DNA from: Clostridiales bacterium
Lineage (GTDB): Bacteria > Bacillota > Desulfotomaculia > Desulfotomaculales > VENG01
Length of the DNA: 64,000 nt
Direction: 5' to 3'
Assembly: GCA_021736985.1 (NCBI GenBank)
Contig: JAIPEW010000001.1
Span: 159,649 to 223,648, forward strand
Part shown: in pieces, positions 29,101-39,068 of the stretch
Layout: every line of letters begins with the position of its first letter
How positions within the stretch are numbered: the first letter of the stretch is position 1
Position numbers and translations under genes: made by a program
Notes under the pieces: model-generated
The model's input: the letters and a program-made list of their open reading frames with translations, nothing else
Database searches by the model: none
Told to the model about the DNA's origin: nothing

Positions 29101-30462
29101 GTGTTAGATAACATGAACAGCAGGTGGAAAACGGGAATTATAGCAGTATTGGTAAGTGTAGTACTAACAGGATGCAGTTTAACAGCAGTACCTTCTGAAC
29201 TGGTGAAAGCACCTAAATTAGATATTAACAAACAAGAAATAAAACAGGCAGTAGAGAACTATTTGCCTGGTAATGCTGAACTAACTATTCCCATAAATCC
29301 TCAGCATTCCAGTGCTATAAAACAATGTGATGTAGACGGTGATGGTTCGAATGAATTATTTGTATTTTATAAAAAGGTACAGAATTCTAAGTTTGGCGCA
29401 GTAATTTTAGAGAAATCGGGAGAACAATGGGAGATGATGGATAACATTGAGGAATTTGCAAAGGAAATAGATTATGCCGGTTTTCATGATATTGCAGGTG
29501 ACAAAATACCGGAGTTTATAATTGGTTGGTCCGGGGGAAGCAGCTTTGCTAAGAAATTGTCTGTTTATACCATGGAGGACCAAAAAATTAAATGTCTAAC
29601 AGAAAATAAATATGTAGACTTATCTATTGGAGATTTAAATAAAAACGGTAAAGCAGATATTGCATTAATGTATAAAGATAACAATAAAAAACTGCCTATC
29701 TCGGTTGTAGAGTTATACGAGTATAAGGATGGAAAACTTAAAATGACTCATAAAAAAGAATACGAAGGATATCCGGAGCAGGTTGTGATTGGTAATACTT
29801 CCCAGGAGATGCGCGGTATTTTTGTAGATATAGGACTTGGTGCTCACTCTGCTTTAACGCAATTAGCAGTACTACGAGGAGATAAGCTTGTAAATGTATT
29901 TGAGCAAAATAAAACATTTAAGCCTTATCCCTTGCCCAGCAAGGATATAAACAGCGATGGTAATATTGAAATTGGTATGCAAACACAGCCTCCCGGTACT
30001 GAAGATTTATGCATGGCAGAAATCCCCTGGATTAATACATGGTACCAGTGGGGCGGAAAAGATGACTTAGTAAGAGTTGCCCAGGACTATGCTGATTACG
30101 GGGAAGGATACCGGTTTGAAATTCCACAAAACTGGACAGGTAAATTTACCATAAAGAGTGTTTTGAAAAAAGAAGATTTCACCGTACAGGCAGTTAGTTT
30201 TTATTATACCGGGCAGAGTGAAGATTTAGTAAAACTTTTGACTATTGATTATGTAACCAGGGAAAACTGGCCTGGTAAAGAAAAAGAATTAAAAGAGGAT
30301 AAGATATGTTATTCTGTGATAGGTGAAAACGGAGATAAGGTATTTGTGGGAATCATACCTTCAGGGGAACCCAACCTGTCAAATGATGATTTGCAGGAGT
30401 ATAAGCAAATGTTTTTAGACGAGAAAGAAATAAAGCAAGCTTTTGAAATGATTAACAGGTAA
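29101..30462 (+). CDS. lipoprotein with FG-GAP/VCBS-like Asp-rich loops
   Basis: Lipobox VLTGCS. Loops DVDGDGSNE, GDLNKNGKAD and DINSDGNIE. The start could instead be ATG 29113. Confidence 0.55.
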   Translation: MLDNMNSRWKTGIIAVLVSVVLTGCSLTAVPSELVKAPKLDINKQEIKQAVENYLPGNAELTIPINPQHSSAIKQCDVDGDGSNELFVFYKKVQNSKFGAVILEKSGEQWEMMDNIEEFAKEIDYAGFHDIAGDKIPEFIIGWSGGSSFAKKLSVYTMEDQKIKCLTENKYVDLSIGDLNKNGKADIALMYKDNNKKLPISVVELYEYKDGKLKMTHKKEYEGYPEQVVIGNTSQEMRGIFVDIGLGAHSALTQLAVLRGDKLVNVFEQNKTFKPYPLPSKDINSDGNIEIGMQTQPPGTEDLCMAEIPWINTWYQWGGKDDLVRVAQDYADYGEGYRFEIPQNWTGKFTIKSVLKKEDFTVQAVSFYYTGQSEDLVKLLTIDYVTRENWPGKEKELKEDKICYSVIGENGDKVFVGIIPSGEPNLSNDDLQEYKQMFLDEKEIKQAFEMINR

Positions 30463-30618
30463 TGGACTGTAAAGATCATACTTTGTTTTGAACAGATGCT
30501 CGTAGGTGATTTGATCAAAAAAATATTATAATATTAGTATGTTGTCCTTACTGGAAGGGGAAAAGATGACATTTCCTTTCCGGTAATGGACATTATTTAT
30601 GTTACAGGGGATGATGCA

Positions 30619-31338
30619 ATGTCCAAGTTGTTGATTTTGGAAGACGAGGATTCAATCCGGAGCTTTATACGGGTTAACTTAAAGAGAAGCGGTTTTGATG
30701 TCGTGGAAGCTTGTACGGGAGAAGAAGCCCTGGAAAAGATAAACGAAAGTAATATATCTATTGCTATTTTGGATATAATGCTGCCGGGGATAGATGGTTT
30801 TGAAATTTGTAAAATTTTAAGAGAACAATACGCGAACAATATAGGTATTATCATGTTAACTGCCAGGGGGCAGGATGAGGATAAAGTCAATGGGCTTGTA
30901 CTGGGGGCAGATGATTATGTGGTTAAACCTTTTAGCCCTCAGGAACTGGTTGCCAGGGTACAGGCACTAACCAGGAGATTGAATGCATCTTCAAATGTTA
31001 ATACGGAAAAAAAGAACAATATATTGTCAACTGGCAGTTTTAGTATTGATTTAAAAGAGAAAAGATTTTTTAAAGAAGATGAAGAAATTGATTTAACTCC
31101 TAAAGAATTTAACATAATAAAACTACTTATGGAATCACCTGATAATGTTGTAAGTAGAGACGAAATATTGAACCGGGTTTGGGGACAGAATTACATTGGT
31201 GATCTAAAAGTGGTAGATGTAAATATAAGAAGAATACGAAAAAAGATTGAAGAGGACCCTGCGTCACCAAAGTATTTAAAAACAGTTTGGGGAGTAGGTT
31301 ACCGGCTGGCGAGGGGAGACAAATTTGAAAAGTATTAG
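30619..31338 (+). CDS. OmpR-family response regulator
   Basis: Receiver LILEDEDSIR...LDIMLPGIDGF plus winged-helix C-terminus LTPKEFNIIKLL...VWGVGYRL. Confidence 0.85.
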   Translation: MSKLLILEDEDSIRSFIRVNLKRSGFDVVEACTGEEALEKINESNISIAILDIMLPGIDGFEICKILREQYANNIGIIMLTARGQDEDKVNGLVLGADDYVVKPFSPQELVARVQALTRRLNASSNVNTEKKNNILSTGSFSIDLKEKRFFKEDEEIDLTPKEFNIIKLLMESPDNVVSRDEILNRVWGQNYIGDLKVVDVNIRRIRKKIEEDPASPKYLKTVWGVGYRLARGDKFEKY

Positions 31339-32728
31339 AAAAAGGATGGTTATTCATTACTGTATCATTATTTTGTTAGTTGTGCTGGTATTAGAAGGAT
31401 TGTTTATAACAGCGGTAAGACAATATTACTACGGCAGCGTAGAACAAATATTGGTGAACAGGGCTGCTGTTTCTTCTGCAGTTTTTAATAAATACCTGCC
31501 GGAATACTCAACCCATAATGATATTAGAGAGAAAGCAAGAATCATTTTGGAAAATGTATCTGGAGAATCGGCTGCAAGGGTTGATGTTGTTGACAGAACG
31601 GGTAGTATAATCATTGATTCTAACGGTTTTTCTCCCCGGAAGAAAGTGGAAACGCCTGATTTTTATACAGCCTTGCATGGGAAAACAGGAATCTGGCATG
31701 GAAAAAATAAATTAACAAACGAAACAGTTATGGCGGTTTCTAACCCTTTAAAAGAAGGGAATAAAATTATAGGTGTATTACGATATATATCCTCCATGGA
31801 AGCTGTAAATAGTACTGTAAACAGGATTATTGTAATAGCTTTGTTTGTAGGTCTTCTGGTGATATTATTGATATTAACTTTTAGCTTGCTGCTGGCAAAT
31901 AGTATTGTAAAGCCCATACAAAATGTAACATCAGCAGCAGGACAAATGGCAGAAGGTGATTTTTCAGTCAGAGCAAGTAAAAAGTATGAAGATGAAATTG
32001 GGCAACTTGCTGATACTCTCAATTATATGGCCAGTGAAATTATAAAAGCAGAAAAAGTTAAAAATGATTTTTTGTCTTCTATTTCTCATGAGCTGCGTAC
32101 TCCATTAACATCTATTAAAGGTTGGTGTGAGACTTTACATTCAGGAGATTTGACTGATAATCAAGAAACCCGGGAAGGTTTACAAATCATTTCTAAAGAA
32201 ACAGACCGGTTGACCGGGTTGGTCGAAGATTTGTTGGATTATTCCAGGCTGCAGGCCGGGCGTATAGAGATTAAACCTAGAATAGTAAATATAAATAAGG
32301 TAATTAAAGAGGTTGTGCAGCAGTTTTCCGTCAGAGTAAAGGAAAAAAGTATAGATATAATAACAGATTTGGATTGTGATTTAGTGCAAATTAATGCAGA
32401 TTATAACAGGATAAAACAGGTTTTAATTATACTGCTTGATAACTCGATAAAATTTACACCTTCAAATGGTACGATATATATTACTACAGGACAAAAAAAT
32501 AATTATGTTGAGTTAGAGATGATAGATAACGGGCAGGGTATTGATATTGTTGATATTGAGAGAATTACTGAAAAATTTTATAAAGCAGATTATAAAAGTT
32601 CCGGCAGTGGTTTGGGTCTTTCTATAGCAAAAAAGATTATAAGTATACACGGTGGAAAATTAGATTTTTATAGTGCACCGGGGCATGGAACTAAAGTAAA
32701 AATAAGACTAAAAAATTTGACAGGTTAA
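31325..32728 (+). CDS. sensor histidine kinase (TM-sensor-HAMP-HisKA-HATPase)
   Basis: H-box FLSSISHELRTPLTSIKG, N-box LLDNSIKFTP and G-boxes DNGQGI, GSGLGLSIAK. It overlaps the regulator gene. Confidence 0.85.
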   Translation: MKSIRKRMVIHYCIIILLVVLVLEGLFITAVRQYYYGSVEQILVNRAAVSSAVFNKYLPEYSTHNDIREKARIILENVSGESAARVDVVDRTGSIIIDSNGFSPRKKVETPDFYTALHGKTGIWHGKNKLTNETVMAVSNPLKEGNKIIGVLRYISSMEAVNSTVNRIIVIALFVGLLVILLILTFSLLLANSIVKPIQNVTSAAGQMAEGDFSVRASKKYEDEIGQLADTLNYMASEIIKAEKVKNDFLSSISHELRTPLTSIKGWCETLHSGDLTDNQETREGLQIISKETDRLTGLVEDLLDYSRLQAGRIEIKPRIVNINKVIKEVVQQFSVRVKEKSIDIITDLDCDLVQINADYNRIKQVLIILLDNSIKFTPSNGTIYITTGQKNNYVELEMIDNGQGIDIVDIERITEKFYKADYKSSGSGLGLSIAKKIISIHGGKLDFYSAPGHGTKVKIRLKNLTG

Positions 32729-32801
32729 TTAAAAACAATTTTATAAAGAATTAAAGGAAGAGTTTCTACTCAAAGGAGTGAAAACACGTTAATATGTGTA
32801 A

Positions 32802-32841
32802 AAAAAGCGTTAGGGCAGCAATTTGCTCCCTAACGCTTTTT
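32802..32841. terminator. bidirectional intrinsic terminator between convergent genes
   Basis: aaaaagcgttagggcagca pairs with tgctccctaacgcttttt. The stem is flanked by an A run and a T run. Confidence 0.75.
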
Positions 32842-32852
32842 AAAATTATAAA

Positions 32853-33521
32853 TTAAGAATCAAACTCAAACTTTTCTTCGAGTATTAATCTCATGCAAGC
32901 ACTTACAGCATCTTTATCGTACAAAGTTCCGTTATTTTCGCTTATTTCTCGAATAGCAGTTTCCATTCCCAGTGAGCTCCGGTAAGGCCTGTGTGAACTG
33001 ATAGCTTCTACAACATCAGCCACGGCAATAATTTTAGCTTCGTATATAATATCATCATCGAGCAGTCCAACAGGATAACCGGTACCGTCTAACCTCTCAT
33101 GGTGGTGAAGTATCATTTTATGTATTGGCCATGGGAATTTTAATTTACTTAAAATCTTGTAACCATTTTGCGGGTGACTTTTAATAATATCAAATTCGTA
33201 TTCACTTATAGCACCATATTTTGACAATATGTGATTGGGAATAGCTATTTTCCCAATGTCGTGTAAAAGTGATCCTACCCTGATCCCTTCCAGTTGACTT
33301 TCGGGGAGTTCTAGCTTTTTCCCAATGGCATAAGCCAGTTGAGATACTCTCAACTGGTGGTTATATGTATACGGGTCAATTAACGAGCAAATAGTGGTTA
33401 AAACATCTATGCTGCCTTTTATAACTTCAAATGCATCATTATTTATTTTTAATTCACTTTCTATACTTGTGTCCAGTATGCTGGCAATATTCTCCATTAT
33501 TATCTCGCCTCTTTTTACCAA
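32853..33521 (-). CDS. HD-GYP domain protein (apparently intact)
   Basis: HQLRV, LHDIGKIAIP and HHERLDGTGYP motifs. Confidence 0.85.
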   Translation of the reverse strand: MVKRGEIIMENIASILDTSIESELKINNDAFEVIKGSIDVLTTICSLIDPYTYNHQLRVSQLAYAIGKKLELPESQLEGIRVGSLLHDIGKIAIPNHILSKYGAISEYEFDIIKSHPQNGYKILSKLKFPWPIHKMILHHHERLDGTGYPVGLLDDDIIYEAKIIAVADVVEAISSHRPYRSSLGMETAIREISENNGTLYDKDAVSACMRLILEEKFEFDS

Positions 33522-33777
33522 TATTTAATATTTATTATTAATTTAAATTATTTGGAATTAAAATGCAAGATAATTTACTAAATATTTAAATGTTATATAA
33601 GATATGACATTGTTTGCTATAAAGAGTTTACATAATTCTCGGTATTAAATTTTGTAAAAGGTAATTGATTTTTCCTCATACTGAAGCCTGGGTTTTACGG
33701 GATTTTGGGTAAGTGCGGTTATTAGAGTTGATTAATTAATACTTATAAGTTAACATAAATGATAGATGTCGAAGTAG

Positions 33778-35529
33778 GTGATATTTTTGTGGGATCTTCT
33801 TATTGTTATGGGAGAAAGAATGAGCCTGGTGGTAACACTGGCGTTCATTTTTACAAGAACAGAGCTTTCTAAAAAGCTGCTTAAAAAAAAGCTTACTGTT
33901 AAAGATAAAATCTTGCTTGTCTTGATTTTTGGAGGTATGGGGATAACAGGAACTTATACCGGTATAGTCATGGAAGGCGGTGCTATTGCTAATTCCCGTG
34001 TAATTGGTGTTATGATTGCCGGTTTCCTGGGGGGCCCGTCGGTAGGGATTGCCGCTGGATTGATTGCCGGCATTCACCGCCTGACTGTAGGAGGCATTAC
34101 TGCACTGGCCTGTGCTTTATCTACAGTAGTAGAAGGAACCGTGGGCGGCCTGGTTCGTTCCCGCCTGGGTATAGAAAATATTAATTGCTGGGTTGCTTTA
34201 TGGGCAGGAGTTGCTGCGGAAGTAATGCAGATGATAATTATACTTGCAGTGGCCAGGCCTTTTTTGCAGGCATGGGAGACAGTCAGTGTTATAGCTCTAC
34301 CCATGATAATAATTAACTCCACAGGTGTGGCTATATTTATTACTATACTGCGCAGTGTATTCCAGGAGCAAGAAGAGATAGGTGCTACGCAAGCACACAA
34401 ATCTCTTGAGATAGCAGACAAGACCTTGAAATATTTAAAAAAGGGTTTAAATAAAAGATCAGCTGAACAGGTAGTAAATATTATATATAAAAGCTGCGAT
34501 TATGCAGCAGTAGCTATTACTGATCACGTAAAAATACTGGCACACGTAGGTATGGGAGGAGATCATCACCTTCCGGGTATGAAGAAATTGACCGGTGCTA
34601 CTAAAAAAGTGCTAACAAGCGGGCAGATTGCCCTGGCTAAAAATAGAAAAGACATTGATTGCAATAACCCAACATGCCCGCTTTCTTCTGCTGTAATTGT
34701 TCCCCTCGTATCTAAAAACGAGGTAATAGGAGCTTTAAAACTGTATCATACTTCAGAAAATGCAGTAAATACAGTAGATACCGAATTTGCCAAGGGACTG
34801 GCCCATCTTTTTTCTAATCAATTAGAACTTGCTGCCCTGGAAGAGCAGGCTCGAATGCTGCATACGGCTAAAATTAAAGCTTTGCAGGCCCAGATTAACC
34901 CGCATTTTCTGTTTAATGCCCTTAACACTATTGTATCACTTATTAGAACACAGCCTGAAACTGCCCGAAAACTCTTAATTGAGCTGGGTGAATTTTTTAA
35001 CAACAACTTAAAGTACGGTGAAGATTTTGTATCTATGGAAAAAGAATTAGATCATGTAAAATCTTATCTTGCCATAGAAATGGCCAGGTTTGGCGAAAGA
35101 ATTAATGTAGAGTTTGACGTGGATGATAAGTGCCTGGATACAAAAGTACCTGCTTTATTGCTGCAGCCCCTGGTGGAGAATGCAATAAAACATGGAATCC
35201 TGCCGCGAAAAAAAGGGGGGACAGTAGTGATTAAAGCTAAAATGATAAGAAAAAACGTGGTTGTTGAAATAGAAGATGATGGCGTAGGCATGACTAAAGA
35301 AGAAATTAACAAATTATTAGCTAAAGAATGTCTATCCAGCTCTAGTACAGGCATTGGCCTGTCCAATGTTAATGAGCGGTTGAGAAACTTGTATGGCCAG
35401 GAGTATACATTGCATGCAAAAAGCACCCTGGATAAAGGCACGTTTATGAGATTTACAATACCCGTAACAGCACAAGAGGGAGGGAATACAATTGAAAGAG
35501 TATCCGATGCTGCGGGTAGTGCTGGTTGA
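33778..35529 (+). CDS. lytS: LytS/BtsS-type sensor histidine kinase (5TMR-LYT, GAF, His_kinase, HATPase)
   Basis: Polytopic N-terminus. ALQAQINPHFLFNALNTI histidine-kinase motif. LLLQPLVENAIKHG and GIGLSNVNERL. GTG start. Confidence 0.85.
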   Translation: MIFLWDLLIVMGERMSLVVTLAFIFTRTELSKKLLKKKLTVKDKILLVLIFGGMGITGTYTGIVMEGGAIANSRVIGVMIAGFLGGPSVGIAAGLIAGIHRLTVGGITALACALSTVVEGTVGGLVRSRLGIENINCWVALWAGVAAEVMQMIIILAVARPFLQAWETVSVIALPMIIINSTGVAIFITILRSVFQEQEEIGATQAHKSLEIADKTLKYLKKGLNKRSAEQVVNIIYKSCDYAAVAITDHVKILAHVGMGGDHHLPGMKKLTGATKKVLTSGQIALAKNRKDIDCNNPTCPLSSAVIVPLVSKNEVIGALKLYHTSENAVNTVDTEFAKGLAHLFSNQLELAALEEQARMLHTAKIKALQAQINPHFLFNALNTIVSLIRTQPETARKLLIELGEFFNNNLKYGEDFVSMEKELDHVKSYLAIEMARFGERINVEFDVDDKCLDTKVPALLLQPLVENAIKHGILPRKKGGTVVIKAKMIRKNVVVEIEDDGVGMTKEEINKLLAKECLSSSSTGIGLSNVNERLRNLYGQEYTLHAKSTLDKGTFMRFTIPVTAQEGGNTIERVSDAAGSAG

Positions 35530-36271
35530 TGATGAAAAGCCGTCCAGGGATGAAATAAAATACCTGCTCGAGGAAATCCCCAATGTCGAGGTCTGTGGTG
35601 AAGCCGGCAGTGGAGAAGAATCCCTGGAGATTATCGCACAAACCCGCCCGGATGTAGTTTTCCTGGATATAAAAATGTATGACATGGATGGTCTCGAGGT
35701 TGCTGAAAAGCTGCTGCAAGAGAGCAACCCGCCGCTTATAATATTTGCTACAGCCTATAGGGAGCATGCAGTAAAAGCTTTTGAAATAAATGCACTGGAT
35801 TATATATTAAAGCCTTTTTCAGAAAAACGTGTTATGAAAGCTGTCAGCAGGGTACAGGCTATTTACCAGGAACAAGAAAAAGAAGCATTCTTAGGACGTA
35901 TTGCAGACCTGGTTAAGAGCAGTGAGGAAAATAAAAATATTACCAAGTTCCCGGTTGAAAAAAATGGAAGAATTTATCCCCTGGAATTAAGTGAAATATG
36001 TTTTTTTTATGTAGAAAATAAGGAAACCAGGGTAGTTACCAGGAGTGAAGAATTTTATATTAACCACACCATACAGTGCCTGGAAAACAAATTACCTGTT
36101 GACTCTTTTTTCCGGACGCACAGGGCTTACCTGGTTAACATTGATAATATAGAACATATAATTCCCTGGTTTAATTACACTTATAAACTGGTGATGCAGG
36201 ATAAAGACAAAACCGAAGTACCGGTAAGCAGGACTTATTGTAAAGAATTTAAAAAAATGCTGGATTTGTAG
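35492..36271 (+). CDS. lytT: LytTR-family response regulator
   Basis: Receiver VVLVDDE...VFLDIKMYDMDG plus C-terminal LytTR FFRTHRAYLVNIDNI. Confidence 0.85.
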   Translation: MKEYPMLRVVLVDDEKPSRDEIKYLLEEIPNVEVCGEAGSGEESLEIIAQTRPDVVFLDIKMYDMDGLEVAEKLLQESNPPLIIFATAYREHAVKAFEINALDYILKPFSEKRVMKAVSRVQAIYQEQEKEAFLGRIADLVKSSEENKNITKFPVEKNGRIYPLELSEICFFYVENKETRVVTRSEEFYINHTIQCLENKLPVDSFFRTHRAYLVNIDNIEHIIPWFNYTYKLVMQDKDKTEVPVSRTYCKEFKKMLDL

Positions 36272-36307
36272 ATCAGGCTCGTAAAATTGCAGCCTGGTCT
36301 TTTTTTT
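36271..36307 (+). terminator. intrinsic terminator after lytT
   Basis: gatcaggct(36271-36279) pairs with agcctggtc(36291-36299), followed by T8. Confidence 0.6.
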
Positions 36308-36417
36308 ATGCAAAATATAGTCTTCTTATATATAAAAAATTTTTTGTTATTTATAATTAATATTAAGCAACGGTTTCGCTAACAGTAATCATATCAACCG
36401 TGGGAGGTGAAGCGATT

Positions 36418-36942
36418 ATGGATATACAAGGATACTTGTCCGGGCTGGCGGAAAAATACACTGCATATTTTGATGTAGAATGGTATAAGGCTTTTTCGAC
36501 TGAAAAAATGGATATATTCGCTACTTCACGTGTAGAAAATGTTAAATATATTTTAACTAATAAACTCCCAGTTTGGCGCTGCGAAACTAATGAATACTGC
36601 ATGGTGAAGAGTTTTGAAAACCAGGTGAGAGAAAATGATTTCACATCTTTTAAAAGCTTTCTGAAGGAAAACATGGTTGATATAGTAAAGCCTCATTCTG
36701 ATCATATGTATAGCATAATAACAGGGTGTATAGTTTCTAAAGAAGGTTTTGAAGATGAAGTAATAAAATTAGCTGGCAAGTACAAGCTGCGTAAGAACTT
36801 TCTTTTTACCTTGCACGGTTGGTGTGATGTACGTTTAGTGCTTGTAGACCTGGCTGATGGACAGGTCTATGGTAGTAAAGGGACCAAAGATGTTTTAGAA
36901 TTTTACAAGCCTGAACAGAATGAAAGCGGAACCGGTATTTAA
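36418..36942 (+). CDS. hypothetical protein (174 aa) between lytT and cstA
   Basis: ORF with SD gggaggtg 5-6 nt before ATG 36418. I recognise no family. Confidence 0.5.
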   Translation: MDIQGYLSGLAEKYTAYFDVEWYKAFSTEKMDIFATSRVENVKYILTNKLPVWRCETNEYCMVKSFENQVRENDFTSFKSFLKENMVDIVKPHSDHMYSIITGCIVSKEGFEDEVIKLAGKYKLRKNFLFTLHGWCDVRLVLVDLADGQVYGSKGTKDVLEFYKPEQNESGTGI

Positions 36943-36982
36943 ATTTTTTTAATATTTACTAATTTAAAAGGAGGGGTTGTTA

Positions 36983-38608
36983 ATGAATGCTCTGGTTATT
37001 TTAATGTTTGCTGTAGTAATATTTGCAATTGCTTATTTTACTTACGGTTCCTTCGTGTCCAAAAGTTATGGACTGGATAACAACGTAGAAACTCCAGCTC
37101 ACAGCATGTATGACGGCGTAGACTATGTTCCAGCTAAATCCCCTGTTTTGTTGGGTCACCATTTTGCTTCCATTTCCGGTGCTGCACCTATTATAGGTCC
37201 TATTGCGGCAGTTGCATTTGGCTGGCTGCCGGCATTACTCTGGATTATTATAGGTGGTATCTTTATCGGTGGAGTACATGACTCTGGTTCTATTTTTGCC
37301 TCTATCAGGCACGGTGGGAAATCTATTGGCGGAATCATAAATGAGAACGTTGGAGAAACAGGTAAAAAATTATTCAGCATTTTTGCATGGTTAACACTTG
37401 TTCTTGTGGTTTCCGTGTTTGCCATTGTTACTGCTAATACTTTTGTTTCAGTTCCGTCTGCAGGTACCGCATCTATATTATTTATAGCACTTGCTATTGT
37501 GTTTGGTTTTACAGTTTATCGCAATAATTTTTCCATGGTTATTTCGACTATAATTGGAGTTGCTTTATTATTTGGCTGCGTCTGGTTAGGTCTTGCATTC
37601 CCTATAGAATTGACGTTTAATACCTGGATTTATATTCTGTTAGTTTATATATTTATAAGTTCTGTAACACCGGTTTGGATTTTGCTGCAGCCAAGAGACT
37701 ACTTGAATTCTTACCTGCTGTATTCCCTACTGTTGGGAGCAATTGTTGGTATATTTATAGCTCATCCTACAGTGAATATGCCTGCATTCACAAGCTTTAG
37801 TACTGATCTCGGGTATCTTTTCCCCGTTCTGTTTGTTACTATTGCCTGTGGTTCAATTTCCGGGTTCCATTCCCTTGTTTCTTCGGGAACTACCTCTAAA
37901 CAGCTAGATAAGGAAAGTGATGCACGCCTGGTTGGCTACGGCGGCATGCTCCTGGAATGTGTACTGGCTGTAATTGCACTTATTACAGCAATAATACTTA
38001 CCCAGGGATCTTATGCTGAAGCCCTGGGCAACGGCGGTCCGGTAGCACTTTTCTCTGCAGGTATAGGCGGTTTCTTAACCAAAATAGGTATTCCCCTGGC
38101 AGCTGGAAAGAGCTTTGCTTCCCTGGTAATATCTGCTTTTGCACTGACTACACTTGATACTGCTACACGTTTGGGCAGGTTTATTTTCAGTGAATACTTT
38201 GAAAAGAGTACGGTTAGTAACGAGTCAAAAGGTATTACCAGCAACAGGTATTTTGCTACTTTCGTGACTGTTGTTGCAGCCGGGGCCCTGGCCTTGAGCG
38301 GCCAGTGGAGTGCAATCTGGCCAATCTTCGGTTCGGCAAACCAGCTGCTTGCAGCGCTGGCCCTGCTGGCTATCTCCGTATGGCTTGCTAAGAGCGGTAA
38401 GAACAACAACTTCACCAAGTATCCCATGATATTTATGTTTGCAGTAACATTGAGTGCACTTGTCCAATTGATTGTAAAGAATTTCTCCGGCGGCAGTGTA
38501 TTACTGGGAACAGTAGGAACCTTGTTGTTCATCCTGGCAATAGTACTTGCTGTACAGGCATACAAGGCACTGCAAAGTGCAAGTTCAGGACAAAATTTGA
38601 GTTCATAA
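36983..38608 (+). CDS. cstA: carbon starvation protein A family transporter (CstA/BtsT-like)
   Basis: GHHFASISGAAPIIGPI and ISGFHSLVSSGTTSKQ motifs, highly polytopic. SD ggagggg. Confidence 0.9.
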   Translation: MNALVILMFAVVIFAIAYFTYGSFVSKSYGLDNNVETPAHSMYDGVDYVPAKSPVLLGHHFASISGAAPIIGPIAAVAFGWLPALLWIIIGGIFIGGVHDSGSIFASIRHGGKSIGGIINENVGETGKKLFSIFAWLTLVLVVSVFAIVTANTFVSVPSAGTASILFIALAIVFGFTVYRNNFSMVISTIIGVALLFGCVWLGLAFPIELTFNTWIYILLVYIFISSVTPVWILLQPRDYLNSYLLYSLLLGAIVGIFIAHPTVNMPAFTSFSTDLGYLFPVLFVTIACGSISGFHSLVSSGTTSKQLDKESDARLVGYGGMLLECVLAVIALITAIILTQGSYAEALGNGGPVALFSAGIGGFLTKIGIPLAAGKSFASLVISAFALTTLDTATRLGRFIFSEYFEKSTVSNESKGITSNRYFATFVTVVAAGALALSGQWSAIWPIFGSANQLLAALALLAISVWLAKSGKNNNFTKYPMIFMFAVTLSALVQLIVKNFSGGSVLLGTVGTLLFILAIVLAVQAYKALQSASSGQNLSS

Positions 38609-38641
38609 TAGTTAACTAAATGTATACGAATTAAATTTATA

Positions 38642-38675
38642 AAAAAGCCAGGGCCTTTACAGGTTCTGGCTTTTT
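38642..38675. terminator. bidirectional intrinsic terminator between cstA and the convergent cupin gene
   Basis: aaaaagccag(38642-38651) pairs with ctggcttttt(38666-38675). Confidence 0.7.
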
Positions 38676-38691
38676 AGTATAAGCGGTAAAT

Positions 38692-39006
38692 TTATTGCGG
38701 TAATTTAAAAACCAGTACATAGAATTCGCTGCCTTTATTTGCTTCAAGCGCATGGGGTATATTCCTGGGACTGTAAATAAAATCTCCTGCATGAACCTGT
38801 TCAGACTCTTCGCCGATAGTTAGTTTTCCTTCACCCTGTATTACCTGAAACAAAACATTTACCGGAGTCTTGTGACCAGGTACTTCTTCGCCTGGTTTTA
38901 AAAGAAGGTTTATTACTACGAGGCCGTCCAGGTTTACCAGTTTCCTTCCTTGTACTCCTCTTGGAGTGGTATAAGTCTCTACTTCATTCATGTTAGTAAT
39001 TTCCAT
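38692..39006 (-). CDS. cupin domain protein
   Basis: GHKTPVNVLFQVIQGEG...VHAGDFIYSPRNIPHAL two-motif cupin pattern, 104 aa. Confidence 0.7.
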   Translation of the reverse strand: MEITNMNEVETYTTPRGVQGRKLVNLDGLVVINLLLKPGEEVPGHKTPVNVLFQVIQGEGKLTIGEESEQVHAGDFIYSPRNIPHALEANKGSEFYVLVFKLPQ

Positions 39007-39068
39007 CTAAAACTCTCCTTTCGAGAATCTTAATACATTGATTGCATCAGAAATAGCAGGAATGATTG

